A stretch of DNA of 49,213 nucleotides from an uncultured Bacilli bacterium (lineage in GTDB: Bacteria > Bacillota_I > Bacilli_A > RF39 > UBA660), in contig CAJTLA010000003.1 in assembly GCA_910576985.1 (NCBI GenBank), positions 1 to 49,213 of the forward strand, written 5' to 3'. Positions 1 through 7,783 of this stretch are shown piece after piece; position 1 is the first letter of the stretch; every line of letters starts with the position of its first letter. The position numbers and the translations under genes are program-made. The notes under the pieces were generated by a model. That model made no database searches. It was not told the origin of the DNA and saw nothing but the letters and a program-made list of their open reading frames with translations.

Positions 1-2
1 AA

Positions 3-260
3 TTTATTTCTTCTACTTGTATCATTACCAATATACCATATTACTATGAATTCAATGTTCATATAAAATATTATGACGTTAGAAGAAAAAATCAATTTTA
101 TAAAAAGATAGATGATGTAGATGAAGATCAACAATATTACAAAAATATAGAAGCAGTTTTTAAATACCTTAAAAGAAGAGCTCTTATGAAGCGATTATTC
201 AAAATAAAACTACAGGAGATTGCAAAACTAAGTGCAGATTTAGAAGAACTAACAATTTAA
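3..260 (+). CDS. 3' end of an unidentified CDS that starts upstream of the window
   Basis: Frame 3 is open from the window edge to TAA at 258-260 (...KYLKRRALMKRLFKIKLQEIAKLSADLEELTI*). A hairpin plus T-run follows directly. No domain recognised. Confidence 0.3.
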   Translation, partial: FISSTCIITNIPYYYEFNVHIKYYDVRRKNQFYKKIDDVDEDQQYYKNIEAVFKYLKRRALMKRLFKIKLQEIAKLSADLEELTI

Positions 261-277
261 ATAATTGTTCTTTTTTA
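251..277 (+). terminator. Rho-independent terminator
   Basis: AACAATT (251-257) / AATTGTT (263-269) stem with a 5-nt loop, followed by CTTTTTT. Confidence 0.6.
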
Positions 278-280
278 TCC

Positions 281-420
281 AAAATTTATCACAGCCATTT
301 TTTGGACAAAACCCCTATTTTTTAAAAAATTGCTGAAAATTTTAATTTTTTTGTGATAATTTTAAAAAAATCCGCCACTTTTCCGCCACTTTTTTCTTTC
401 AAAAAAGTTGTCCAAAAATT
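281..420. repeat. Repeat-rich AT-rich noncoding block
   Basis: Tandem 11-mer TCCGCCACTTT x2 (371-392). AAATTTATCACA (282-293) is inverted in TGTGATAATTT (352-362). TTTTTGGACAA (297-307) is inverted in TTGTCCAAAAA (408-418). Confidence 0.5.
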
Positions 421-540
421 AAAAAAAATTCGATAATTCCTTATTTTAACTAGGTTTTATCGAACTTTGAAGTTTAAAATTATAATATAAAAATTCTACC
501 TTGAGAGGGTGGTGTGTTAAACCACTTCACCAACAGACCA

Positions 541-568
541 AATGTCTTTTAAAAGACATTTTTATTTT
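541..568 (+). terminator. Rho-independent terminator (plus-strand polarity)
   Basis: AATGTCTTT (541-549) / AAAGACATT (552-560) stem followed by TTTATTTT. The T-run is present only on the plus strand. Confidence 0.55.
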
Positions 569-620
569 ACCACATTTTATTAATAGTTTCAACATTTTTT
601 TGACATCATATTATTAATAA

Positions 621-1355
621 TTAACTTCGAGCAGCTCCATCTACTGATAAAATTTCTCCAGTCACATAAGAAGCCAAATCACTTGCTAAAAACAAAAAGG
701 CATTCGCAATATCTCTTGGTTCTCCAATTCTTCCAAGTGGAATTGTTTTAATCAACGGTTCGATCATTTCTTTTGGTAGTGATGATACCATATCCGTTCT
801 CGTAATTCCAGGTGCTACCGCATTCACTCGAATTTGAAATGGAGCAAGTTCACGAGCAAGAGATTTCGTCATTCCATTCACAGCAAACTTACTAGCAGGA
901 TATCCAACTCCAGAAGGCTGCCCATAAATACTAACCATAGAACTTGTATTCAAAATCACTCCACCTTGTTCTTTCATCATAGGAACAACGGCTTTTACCA
1001 TATTAAAAATCGCATTCACATTCAAATCCATAATTTTTTGGAACTCTTCCGTAGTAGTATCCTCTATTTTTTTATTCGCTGATATTCCAGCATTATTCAC
1101 CAAGATATCAATATGACCATACTCCTCCTGAATCATTTTTACGACTTTCTCTACTTCTTCCATATCATTTAAATTTGGATAGTATCCCTTGACGATCACA
1201 CCTTCTTTTTTTAATATCTCGAGTGCTTCCTCCACCGTCTCTTTTCTAGAACCAAATAAAACAACTTGTGCCTTATTTTCATAAAAAACTCTAACAGTTT
1301 CTAAACCAATTCCTCTAGTTCCCCCTGTAACAATTGCAACACGATCCTTTAACAT
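621..1355 (-). CDS. Classical short-chain dehydrogenase/reductase (FabG-like 3-oxoacyl reductase family); substrate not assignable
   Basis: TGGTRGIG cofactor motif, NNAG, catalytic S...YPASK (YxxxK). RBS AAGGAGGAA upstream. Confidence 0.85.
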   Translation of the reverse strand: MLKDRVAIVTGGTRGIGLETVRVFYENKAQVVLFGSRKETVEEALEILKKEGVIVKGYYPNLNDMEEVEKVVKMIQEEYGHIDILVNNAGISANKKIEDTTTEEFQKIMDLNVNAIFNMVKAVVPMMKEQGGVILNTSSMVSIYGQPSGVGYPASKFAVNGMTKSLARELAPFQIRVNAVAPGITRTDMVSSLPKEMIEPLIKTIPLGRIGEPRDIANAFLFLASDLASYVTGEILSVDGAARS

Positions 1356-1393
1356 ATCTATTCCTCCTTATTTTCATTATAATATAAAATCGA

Positions 1394-2062
1394 TCATAAA
1401 TTCAATCGTTTTTTTAACTCTTCCTTCATTTCCTCAAAATAAAAAATAAATAAACCAATCAGTAAAATAAGCGCAAAACAAAAACAAATATAAGAGAGTA
1501 AAGGAAACGTAATCACCCGAAATAAAAGCAACAAAGCTGGAAACAAAAGCAACAACAAATTCAATAATACCAAACTAAAATAATTCACAATATAACTATT
1601 TTTTAAAATGATAAATGTAACAGAATTAAATAAAAGTTCAAAAATACAAATCGATGGAATGATAAAATTTGGAATCACACGATATCCAGTTCCCAAATAC
1701 CACAAAAACGATAAGATCACAAAAATAAATCCATATTCTAAAAAAAGACCTAACACATTTTGTTTATTTTTCAAAGTAAAATAGATCACAATATAATTGG
1801 TTAACAATCCACCAAAAACAAACCATGAATAATAAAATTGCTCACGAACAAGAAATTCAATAAACCCAGTCAATAAAACAACTACAATTGATAAAAATAA
1901 TAACAGTTTTAATAAAAAAGAACCTGTTTTATATCGTACATTTGATGAAAACACTGAATCTGACTTCCCACTCAATCCATTTTGACATAAAGGACAGATC
2001 TCTTCTGTTGTTACAAACTGAATATGACAATGTTTACACGTTTTCACTTTAATCAACCTCAC
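1394..2062 (-). CDS. Polytopic membrane protein with N-terminal zinc ribbon (DUF6320-like)
   Basis: N-terminal CKHC...CPLC pair, then about 5-6 long hydrophobic segments. The start overlaps the stop of the upstream acyltransferase gene by 14 nt. Confidence 0.6.
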   Translation of the reverse strand: MRLIKVKTCKHCHIQFVTTEEICPLCQNGLSGKSDSVFSSNVRYKTGSFLLKLLLFLSIVVVLLTGFIEFLVREQFYYSWFVFGGLLTNYIVIYFTLKNKQNVLGLFLEYGFIFVILSFLWYLGTGYRVIPNFIIPSICIFELLFNSVTFIILKNSYIVNYFSLVLLNLLLLLFPALLLLFRVITFPLLSYICFCFALILLIGLFIFYFEEMKEELKKRLNL

Positions 2063-3275
2063 TTACATTGATCACCATAGAAAGCCCTTGCCTTGAAAAA
2101 TAATTGCAAAAATTTTTAATAATTTCATGATATCGATACTTAGAAGAAATTCCAATTGATAAATCATTTTCAAAAGAACAAATCACAAACTGAAAATAAT
2201 TAGTAGAAGTAAACGCATTCACATTTTCAATATATGGAATAAATTCTGCATCAAACCTCATCTTTCCTACATTCGATACACAAGTAGTACTCATTTTAGA
2301 AGAAAATGAATCAATAACTTTTAAAACTATATTCTTAACAAATAAAGGGGCCACACGACAAAACAAATTTTGTTCAAAAGCCACCATTTGATTTACCCTT
2401 TCACTTAATTTTTCCAATACTAAATTTTCTTTTAACTGCTTATTTACCGATTTTATAATGTCTTCTAAAGTATCATCCCTACTTTGAAAACGATAACAAA
2501 CAGAAGTCATAGCAAAATAATTTTTAGAAGAAGAAGACTTAAAATATTCTCTCAAATCAACGGGAATTTCAATCTTAATCATTTTTTTTAACTCACGTTC
2601 AGACATCACCTCTTTACAAGAATCAATCAAAATGGAAACCATAAAAGAAGTTAATGTAGAATCATAAGAATGAGCCAATTTCAAAATTTCTTTTACCTCA
2701 AGATGAGCCTCCAAATAGCGAGTTCTATTTTTAAACCTTCTTCCAGAATAAGTATAAATCGAACCTCTTTTTTCACGCGTTTTTCTCGTCTTCTTATAAT
2801 ATTTCAAAAAACTATCTTCCGACTTTTCCATATAAGAACTATCCGTTGAAATTTGAAAATCCATACAATATTTTATTTTCAAATAATACATTACCAAAGA
2901 GCGAAAAAAAAGAGCACAGCCTCTCCCATCTGACAAAATATGAGAAACTTCCAAATTAATTCGCTTTTGATAATAAGAAACACGATATAAAAAATCATTA
3001 CTATTATTATATACCCGAAAACAAATAGGCAAATTTTCTTGAGTGACTTTATTTATTTTCTGTGCTTCTTCTAAGTAATACCAAAAAAATCCCTTTTTTA
3101 GATGAACATTAAAATTTGGAAAAAGAAGAAGTGTCTGGTCTAATGCTTGATTCAATATTTCTTCATCAATCTCTGTTTTTAATGTTACTGAATAACGAAA
3201 TACATTTTGAGATTGTTTGTGAGCAATTGAAGAAAAGAATTTTCCAACATTATCTAGTTTATACCATTTTTTCAT
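2049..3275 (-). CDS. Condensation-domain-like / alcohol acyltransferase-like protein (HxxxD(G) superfamily)
   Basis: SHILSDGRG = HxxxDG catalytic motif about 110 aa from the N-terminus. About 400 aa, no TM segment. RBS GAGGTGA. Confidence 0.6.
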   Translation of the reverse strand: MKKWYKLDNVGKFFSSIAHKQSQNVFRYSVTLKTEIDEEILNQALDQTLLLFPNFNVHLKKGFFWYYLEEAQKINKVTQENLPICFRVYNNSNDFLYRVSYYQKRINLEVSHILSDGRGCALFFRSLVMYYLKIKYCMDFQISTDSSYMEKSEDSFLKYYKKTRKTREKRGSIYTYSGRRFKNRTRYLEAHLEVKEILKLAHSYDSTLTSFMVSILIDSCKEVMSERELKKMIKIEIPVDLREYFKSSSSKNYFAMTSVCYRFQSRDDTLEDIIKSVNKQLKENLVLEKLSERVNQMVAFEQNLFCRVAPLFVKNIVLKVIDSFSSKMSTTCVSNVGKMRFDAEFIPYIENVNAFTSTNYFQFVICSFENDLSIGISSKYRYHEIIKNFCNYFSRQGLSMVINVSEVD

Positions 3276-3338
3276 AAATCACCTCAATCACTCTATTATA
3301 TTTTTAAAATTCCGATTGGTTGTGTATTTTTCACCATA

Positions 3339-4748
3339 TTACATTTTGTTTTTCATATTCTCTTCTAAAAGCATTCCAATAAACATGTTATTTTCTAAAA
3401 CGATTTCTCGTTCTTGAAGTGAATCTGGCAAAATTTTTAACGCCCTATCAAAATGATACATTTCATCATCAAATTTCAAATAAGGATCACATTGCTGTTT
3501 TAACTGTTCACTAAAATAAGCTTTATGAAATTGATAACAATACACAGGACTAAAAGTATACTCTATATGACGAAAAGCCTCCAGCAAATAAGTCAAAACA
3601 GAAGCCTTTCCTGCATTTTCCTCCACTTTGATTTTATAATATTCTTGTAAAATTGAATATATTTGTTCCTTATAAGAATCCAGCAAATCTGCCTTTTCCA
3701 AACGAATTCCCATTTTTGAAATCGCTGTCATTTGATCCATCAATTCAATCAAACGATGAGCCTTTTCCGGGTCTCCATCTAACATACCTAATTTTTCTAC
3801 CACAATATCAATATCATGAGTAGAATAACCATACAAAAGCACATCTGCTCCGATTAATTCTGCAATAAACTTCACCAAAAGAGTTTCTTCTTGATAAGTA
3901 TAAGTAATACCATTTGCTCTTTGATCAAAATATTCTTCAACCAAAATCTGTGTCACTCCTTCGGATAATGAATCCCCAAGTGAACAAATCTTACCTTTCC
4001 AAACATCAAATTTCTTAAATCCACTATCTTTTCCATTACTAGAAAACATATGCATTCCTTCATGCCATAATGTAGAAGCATTCTGATGAGAATCATAATT
4101 GTTACAATTATACATAGTAATATAGTTCTGCTGAGTATGATACTCCCCCAAAACATGTTTATTTTGAGATCGAGAAATATAATATACTTGTAAATTTTTC
4201 AAATTATAATACGAGTCCTTAATACTAAGATATGGATTTCCCTCTAAATAAGCTGAATATTGCTCAAAAAATTTTCGTTCTTCATCCATTAAATCTGAAT
4301 TATTAGAAACACCTTGTTGAATCAATTCCATCATAGAAGTAGAGGTTGGAACAATTGTAAGAGCTCTTCCAATTGGATCTCCCATAATATGATTACAAAC
4401 ATATCCTTGTCCTAAAATAGTAAGGGTTGCAATTGTAGCCATTGTAATTCTGAATTTCTTATCACTCATATTACGAATCTGATTCAAAAAACTTTTTCGT
4501 TGGTTCAAAAGAGAAAGATCTGATTTTTGAGCCACATGATATTTCATTAAAAAAAGGTCTAGTTTCTTTTTATCATATGGAAACAATGCACGAATTTCTT
4601 CTATAAATGTAGAAACTTTAACCTCACTTTCCAACCAGTTTTTTTTGAGTGTCATAACCAATGTATCATTCAATTCATCAGAATAAACATTCTGTAAGCG
4701 TTCTAATAAACTTATTAATTGATATTCCAAAGAATGTTCTATTGCCAT
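3339..4748 (-). CDS. Membrane-anchored putative zinc metalloprotease-like protein (HExxH), unknown family
   Basis: HEGMH motif with downstream SLSEG (possible third ligand). Single TM near aa 110-130 (FRITMATIATLTILGQGYV). Start moved to the ATG at 4748 because the track's GTG lies inside the SD (GAGGGA). Confidence 0.5.
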   Translation of the reverse strand: MAIEHSLEYQLISLLERLQNVYSDELNDTLVMTLKKNWLESEVKVSTFIEEIRALFPYDKKKLDLFLMKYHVAQKSDLSLLNQRKSFLNQIRNMSDKKFRITMATIATLTILGQGYVCNHIMGDPIGRALTIVPTSTSMMELIQQGVSNNSDLMDEERKFFEQYSAYLEGNPYLSIKDSYYNLKNLQVYYISRSQNKHVLGEYHTQQNYITMYNCNNYDSHQNASTLWHEGMHMFSSNGKDSGFKKFDVWKGKICSLGDSLSEGVTQILVEEYFDQRANGITYTYQEETLLVKFIAELIGADVLLYGYSTHDIDIVVEKLGMLDGDPEKAHRLIELMDQMTAISKMGIRLEKADLLDSYKEQIYSILQEYYKIKVEENAGKASVLTYLLEAFRHIEYTFSPVYCYQFHKAYFSEQLKQQCDPYLKFDDEMYHFDRALKILPDSLQEREIVLENNMFIGMLLEENMKNKM

Positions 4749-4775
4749 GTTTTTATCCCTCACAATTCTAGCTTA

Positions 4776-4804
4776 AGTATATCATGTTTCCCCCTTTTTG
4801 TAAA
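4776..4804 (-). promoter_or_regulatory. Sigma-A type promoter for the HExxH / acyltransferase / membrane protein / SDR genes
   Basis: TTTACA (4799-4804), 17-nt spacer, TATACT (4776-4781) on the minus strand. Confidence 0.5.
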
Positions 4805-4807
4805 CAA

Positions 4808-4834
4808 ATGAAAAAGGATTCAAATCATTGAATC
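4808..4834 (-). terminator. Rho-independent terminator after the Mbeg1-like gene
   Basis: GATTCAA/TTGAATC stem (4817-4834 on plus), followed on the minus strand by CTTTTTC. Confidence 0.5.
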
Positions 4835-4837
4835 TAC

Positions 4838-5872
4838 TTAAAAAACTCCCACGGATTGGCATAAATCCATAGTTAACTGTTTGGCTTTGGGATTCATCCT
4901 TTGAATCCGAAACAAAACCTTTACCATATTTTTGATATTTCTTAAATGAATCGTCTCAGAAATATGAGAATCTTCCAACACCTGAAAACAATGATTTACA
5001 ATCATATCTTTCTCTTGCTTTGTATGAGTATCTAACCAAAAAATCATCGAATCTCGAAACTTTCTACTTTTTGTAGATAATACACTGAACACCAATTCAT
5101 CATGATCAATTTGCCAAGTAGACATCGAGTGACAATGCAAATTACGTTTATTAGATTTTACCACTTTATGATAATGATTTCGAAACAAAGTTCCTACAAC
5201 ACTATATTCAGGAACAATATGAATATATTTTTTGATTACCTTTTGATATTTCTTAGATTCAAACTCTTGTTTCCGAAGCCCAGGACCATCATTACTATAA
5301 ATTTTTCTAATTTTAAATTGTTTCCAATTTTGAATGTACATTCCTGCAACCAATGCCAGATGACCTCCCTTAGAATGCCCTCCTAAAATTACATCAGGAC
5401 CAAAGATAGACACGTGTTGATTGACATAATGAATTGCTGCTTGATGAGCAGGAACAGGAAAAAGATACGCCAAGCGAAAATCCTCTTTCCATCCACTTAC
5501 CTGTTCATCAGTTCCTTCAAAACCAATATATTTTAAATGTTTTGACAAATGGAATGTTACCGCACTAAATTGCATCTCCTCATCAATTTTATATTCATAA
5601 TCAGATACCATAATATCTTTATAACGTTTTTGATTCATCACAAGCAGAAGTAATGAAATCGCTTCTTTTCTAGAACATCCCATTTTCTTATTTTTCCAAA
5701 ATAGATCATTTTTGAAATATTCTTTTCCTACCTCTAATAAAGTAGCAGGCAAAGAAACTCTTGAAAAATCAAGATAAGAAAGAGAAGAAAACACCATATT
5801 ATCGATATCGTTAAACTTTTTTTCGCAAAACTTTTTATCACCATTTTGACTTACATATTGAAATAAATTCAT
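4838..5872 (-). CDS. Mbeg1-like / DUF2974 alpha/beta-hydrolase (lipase-like)
   Basis: GGHSKGGHLA nucleophile elbow (GHSxG). Size and N-terminal region typical of DUF2974 as I recall it. Confidence 0.6.
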   Translation of the reverse strand: MNLFQYVSQNGDKKFCEKKFNDIDNMVFSSLSYLDFSRVSLPATLLEVGKEYFKNDLFWKNKKMGCSRKEAISLLLLVMNQKRYKDIMVSDYEYKIDEEMQFSAVTFHLSKHLKYIGFEGTDEQVSGWKEDFRLAYLFPVPAHQAAIHYVNQHVSIFGPDVILGGHSKGGHLALVAGMYIQNWKQFKIRKIYSNDGPGLRKQEFESKKYQKVIKKYIHIVPEYSVVGTLFRNHYHKVVKSNKRNLHCHSMSTWQIDHDELVFSVLSTKSRKFRDSMIFWLDTHTKQEKDMIVNHCFQVLEDSHISETIHLRNIKNMVKVLFRIQRMNPKAKQLTMDLCQSVGVF

Positions 5873-6115
5873 AAATCCCTCTGAAATTCCAAAAAATTAT
5901 TTTCATTTCGGTGATAAAATAACAATACTTGAACTTTATCAATCAATAAAATCACTTCCTTTGATATTGTATGCAACAATCATTACAATTCCCTATTTTA
6001 TAGAAAAAAAACATAAAATCAACCAACAGTTTTCTTATTTTGTTTAAAAAACAACAGTTCTATAGAAAATTTTGTTTTAAAATCCTATTCAATTTGCCAA
6101 ATTTCACTTTGAAAA

Positions 6116-7111
6116 TCAATCCTTCATATACATGTGACTCTTTGGAAATACGATACAAACCTTCGTATAAACATTCTCCTTAGACTCAAGTCTGATCTCC
6201 AACCCCAAACGATCACATAACTTCTTAGCCAAATATAACCCCATTCCAGTCGCCTGTGTTTTTGTTCGATCTGAACCAGTAAACCATTTTTCAAAAACTC
6301 GGCCTAAATCATACTCCTTAATCCCAATTCCATTATCTAAAATTACTAACACAATATTATTCTGATGTTCTAAAGAATAAATCTCTAATTTTTTAGAAAA
6401 ACCATCCATATACTTAATTGCGTTTTGAACCACTTGAGAGATAATAAAACAAATCCATTTTTCATCACTGTAAACAGTTCTTTCCAAATCATGAATGTCC
6501 AATTTCACAGAAGAAAGCAAGAGACTCTCACGAAAATCTAAAACGACTGAATGAACCACATCACTTAACAATAACTCTTTTACAAAATAATCATTCTCTG
6601 TATTTCTGCTTCTCGCATAATAAAGCATCTGTTCTAATAAACGCTCAATCTTCTGAACTTCTTGCTTCATTTCATAATTTTTCTGATTATCAAACATAAG
6701 AGACAAAACTGAAATCGGAGTCTTAATTTCATGTGCAAAACGTTCCACATACTCCTGATACTCCAAAGCCTCAGTTTCCAACAAACCAATCCGATCAAGA
6801 TACGCTTTGCTAGACCTTTTAAGAGCATAAAAATAAGCTTGATTTTCTAACCCTTTTGGTTTTTTTAACACCTCAGAAATCAAATAGATCTCCTCTAAAT
6901 GATCCACCAAAGAAATCATTTTCTGATATCGCTTTAATAAAATCCAATAACTCAAAAACAAATATCCAAAGAACAAGCCAAACATAACAAAAACAAATAT
7001 CAAAATATACAAAAAAGGAACCATAAAAAAGCCAAAAAAAAGAGAAACCAAAAACACAAAAGAACAAAATAATAAAATAACAACAATTTTTTCTTCTAAA
7101 TACGTTTTCAT
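6116..7111 (-). CDS. Intramembrane-sensing histidine kinase (BceS-like), module 1
   Basis: Two N-terminal TMs with no extracellular domain. H-box HEIKTPIS, N-box QVVQNAIKY, G-boxes DNGIGI / GMGLYL. 4-nt overlap with the regulator gene. Confidence 0.85.
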   Translation of the reverse strand: MKTYLEEKIVVILLFCSFVFLVSLFFGFFMVPFLYILIFVFVMFGLFFGYLFLSYWILLKRYQKMISLVDHLEEIYLISEVLKKPKGLENQAYFYALKRSSKAYLDRIGLLETEALEYQEYVERFAHEIKTPISVLSLMFDNQKNYEMKQEVQKIERLLEQMLYYARSRNTENDYFVKELLLSDVVHSVVLDFRESLLLSSVKLDIHDLERTVYSDEKWICFIISQVVQNAIKYMDGFSKKLEIYSLEHQNNIVLVILDNGIGIKEYDLGRVFEKWFTGSDRTKTQATGMGLYLAKKLCDRLGLEIRLESKENVYTKVCIVFPKSHMYMKD

Positions 7112-7767
7112 AATCGATATCCCTTTCCCCGAACTGTTACAATCAAATTTAAAATTCCAATAGAAGAAGCCTTCTTTCGAAGACGATTAATATTGACTAG
7201 TAAAATACTCTCATCCAAATAATACTTATCATTCCACAAATCCTCTAATAACGCCTCTTTAGAAATCACCCCATCATGTGTAAAAAAATAATATAAAATC
7301 CGAAACTCATTTCGAGTAAGCTCTACTTCCTGTTGACGATATTTTAAAATAGATAACGGCAAATTCAATACATATTCTCCCTTCACAATCTCTTGATAAT
7401 AAACAGGATTTTGAACCAAAACTCGTTTAATCTTTTCCAACAAAATCAATTTATTATAAGGTTTTGTAATAAAATCAATTCCTCCAGACCGAATACTTTC
7501 CAATTCATCTTCCATACAATTTCGACTCGTAACAAAAATAATAGGAACTTTTTTTTCTTTTCTTAACTGCCTGCAAATCTCAAATCCATTTTCATAAGGA
7601 AGATTTACATCAAGTAAAATCAAATTCATTGATTCTCGTTTTAACACTTCTAAAAGATCAAAAGAAACATCAATCGGTTGTGTTTCATAACCATTAGATC
7701 TTAATAACTCAGATAACTCATTTCTAAGATGAATATCATCTTCCACAATTGTAATTACCACATTCAT
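7108..7767 (-). CDS. OmpR-family response regulator (BceR-like), module 1
   Basis: Receiver domain (IVEDD...LDVNLP...TSR...KP) plus winged-helix output (...TVRGKGYRL). The track start is a TTG that overlaps the permease; the ATG at 7767 is preferred. Confidence 0.85.
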   Translation of the reverse strand: MNVVITIVEDDIHLRNELSELLRSNGYETQPIDVSFDLLEVLKRESMNLILLDVNLPYENGFEICRQLRKEKKVPIIFVTSRNCMEDELESIRSGGIDFITKPYNKLILLEKIKRVLVQNPVYYQEIVKGEYVLNLPLSILKYRQQEVELTRNEFRILYYFFTHDGVISKEALLEDLWNDKYYLDESILLVNINRLRKKASSIGILNLIVTVRGKGYRL

Positions 7768-7783
7768 CACCACATTTATTATA

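Noticed and set aside
371-392. CRISPR-like repeat
   Set aside because: Only two directly abutting 11-nt copies with no spacers, and no cas genes anywhere in the window.
281-420. Chromosomal or plasmid replication origin (DnaA-box cluster)
   Set aside because: Only imperfect 8-mers (TTATCACA) are present and no exact TTATCCACA. No dnaA, dnaN or rep gene is nearby. AT-richness is general in this genome.
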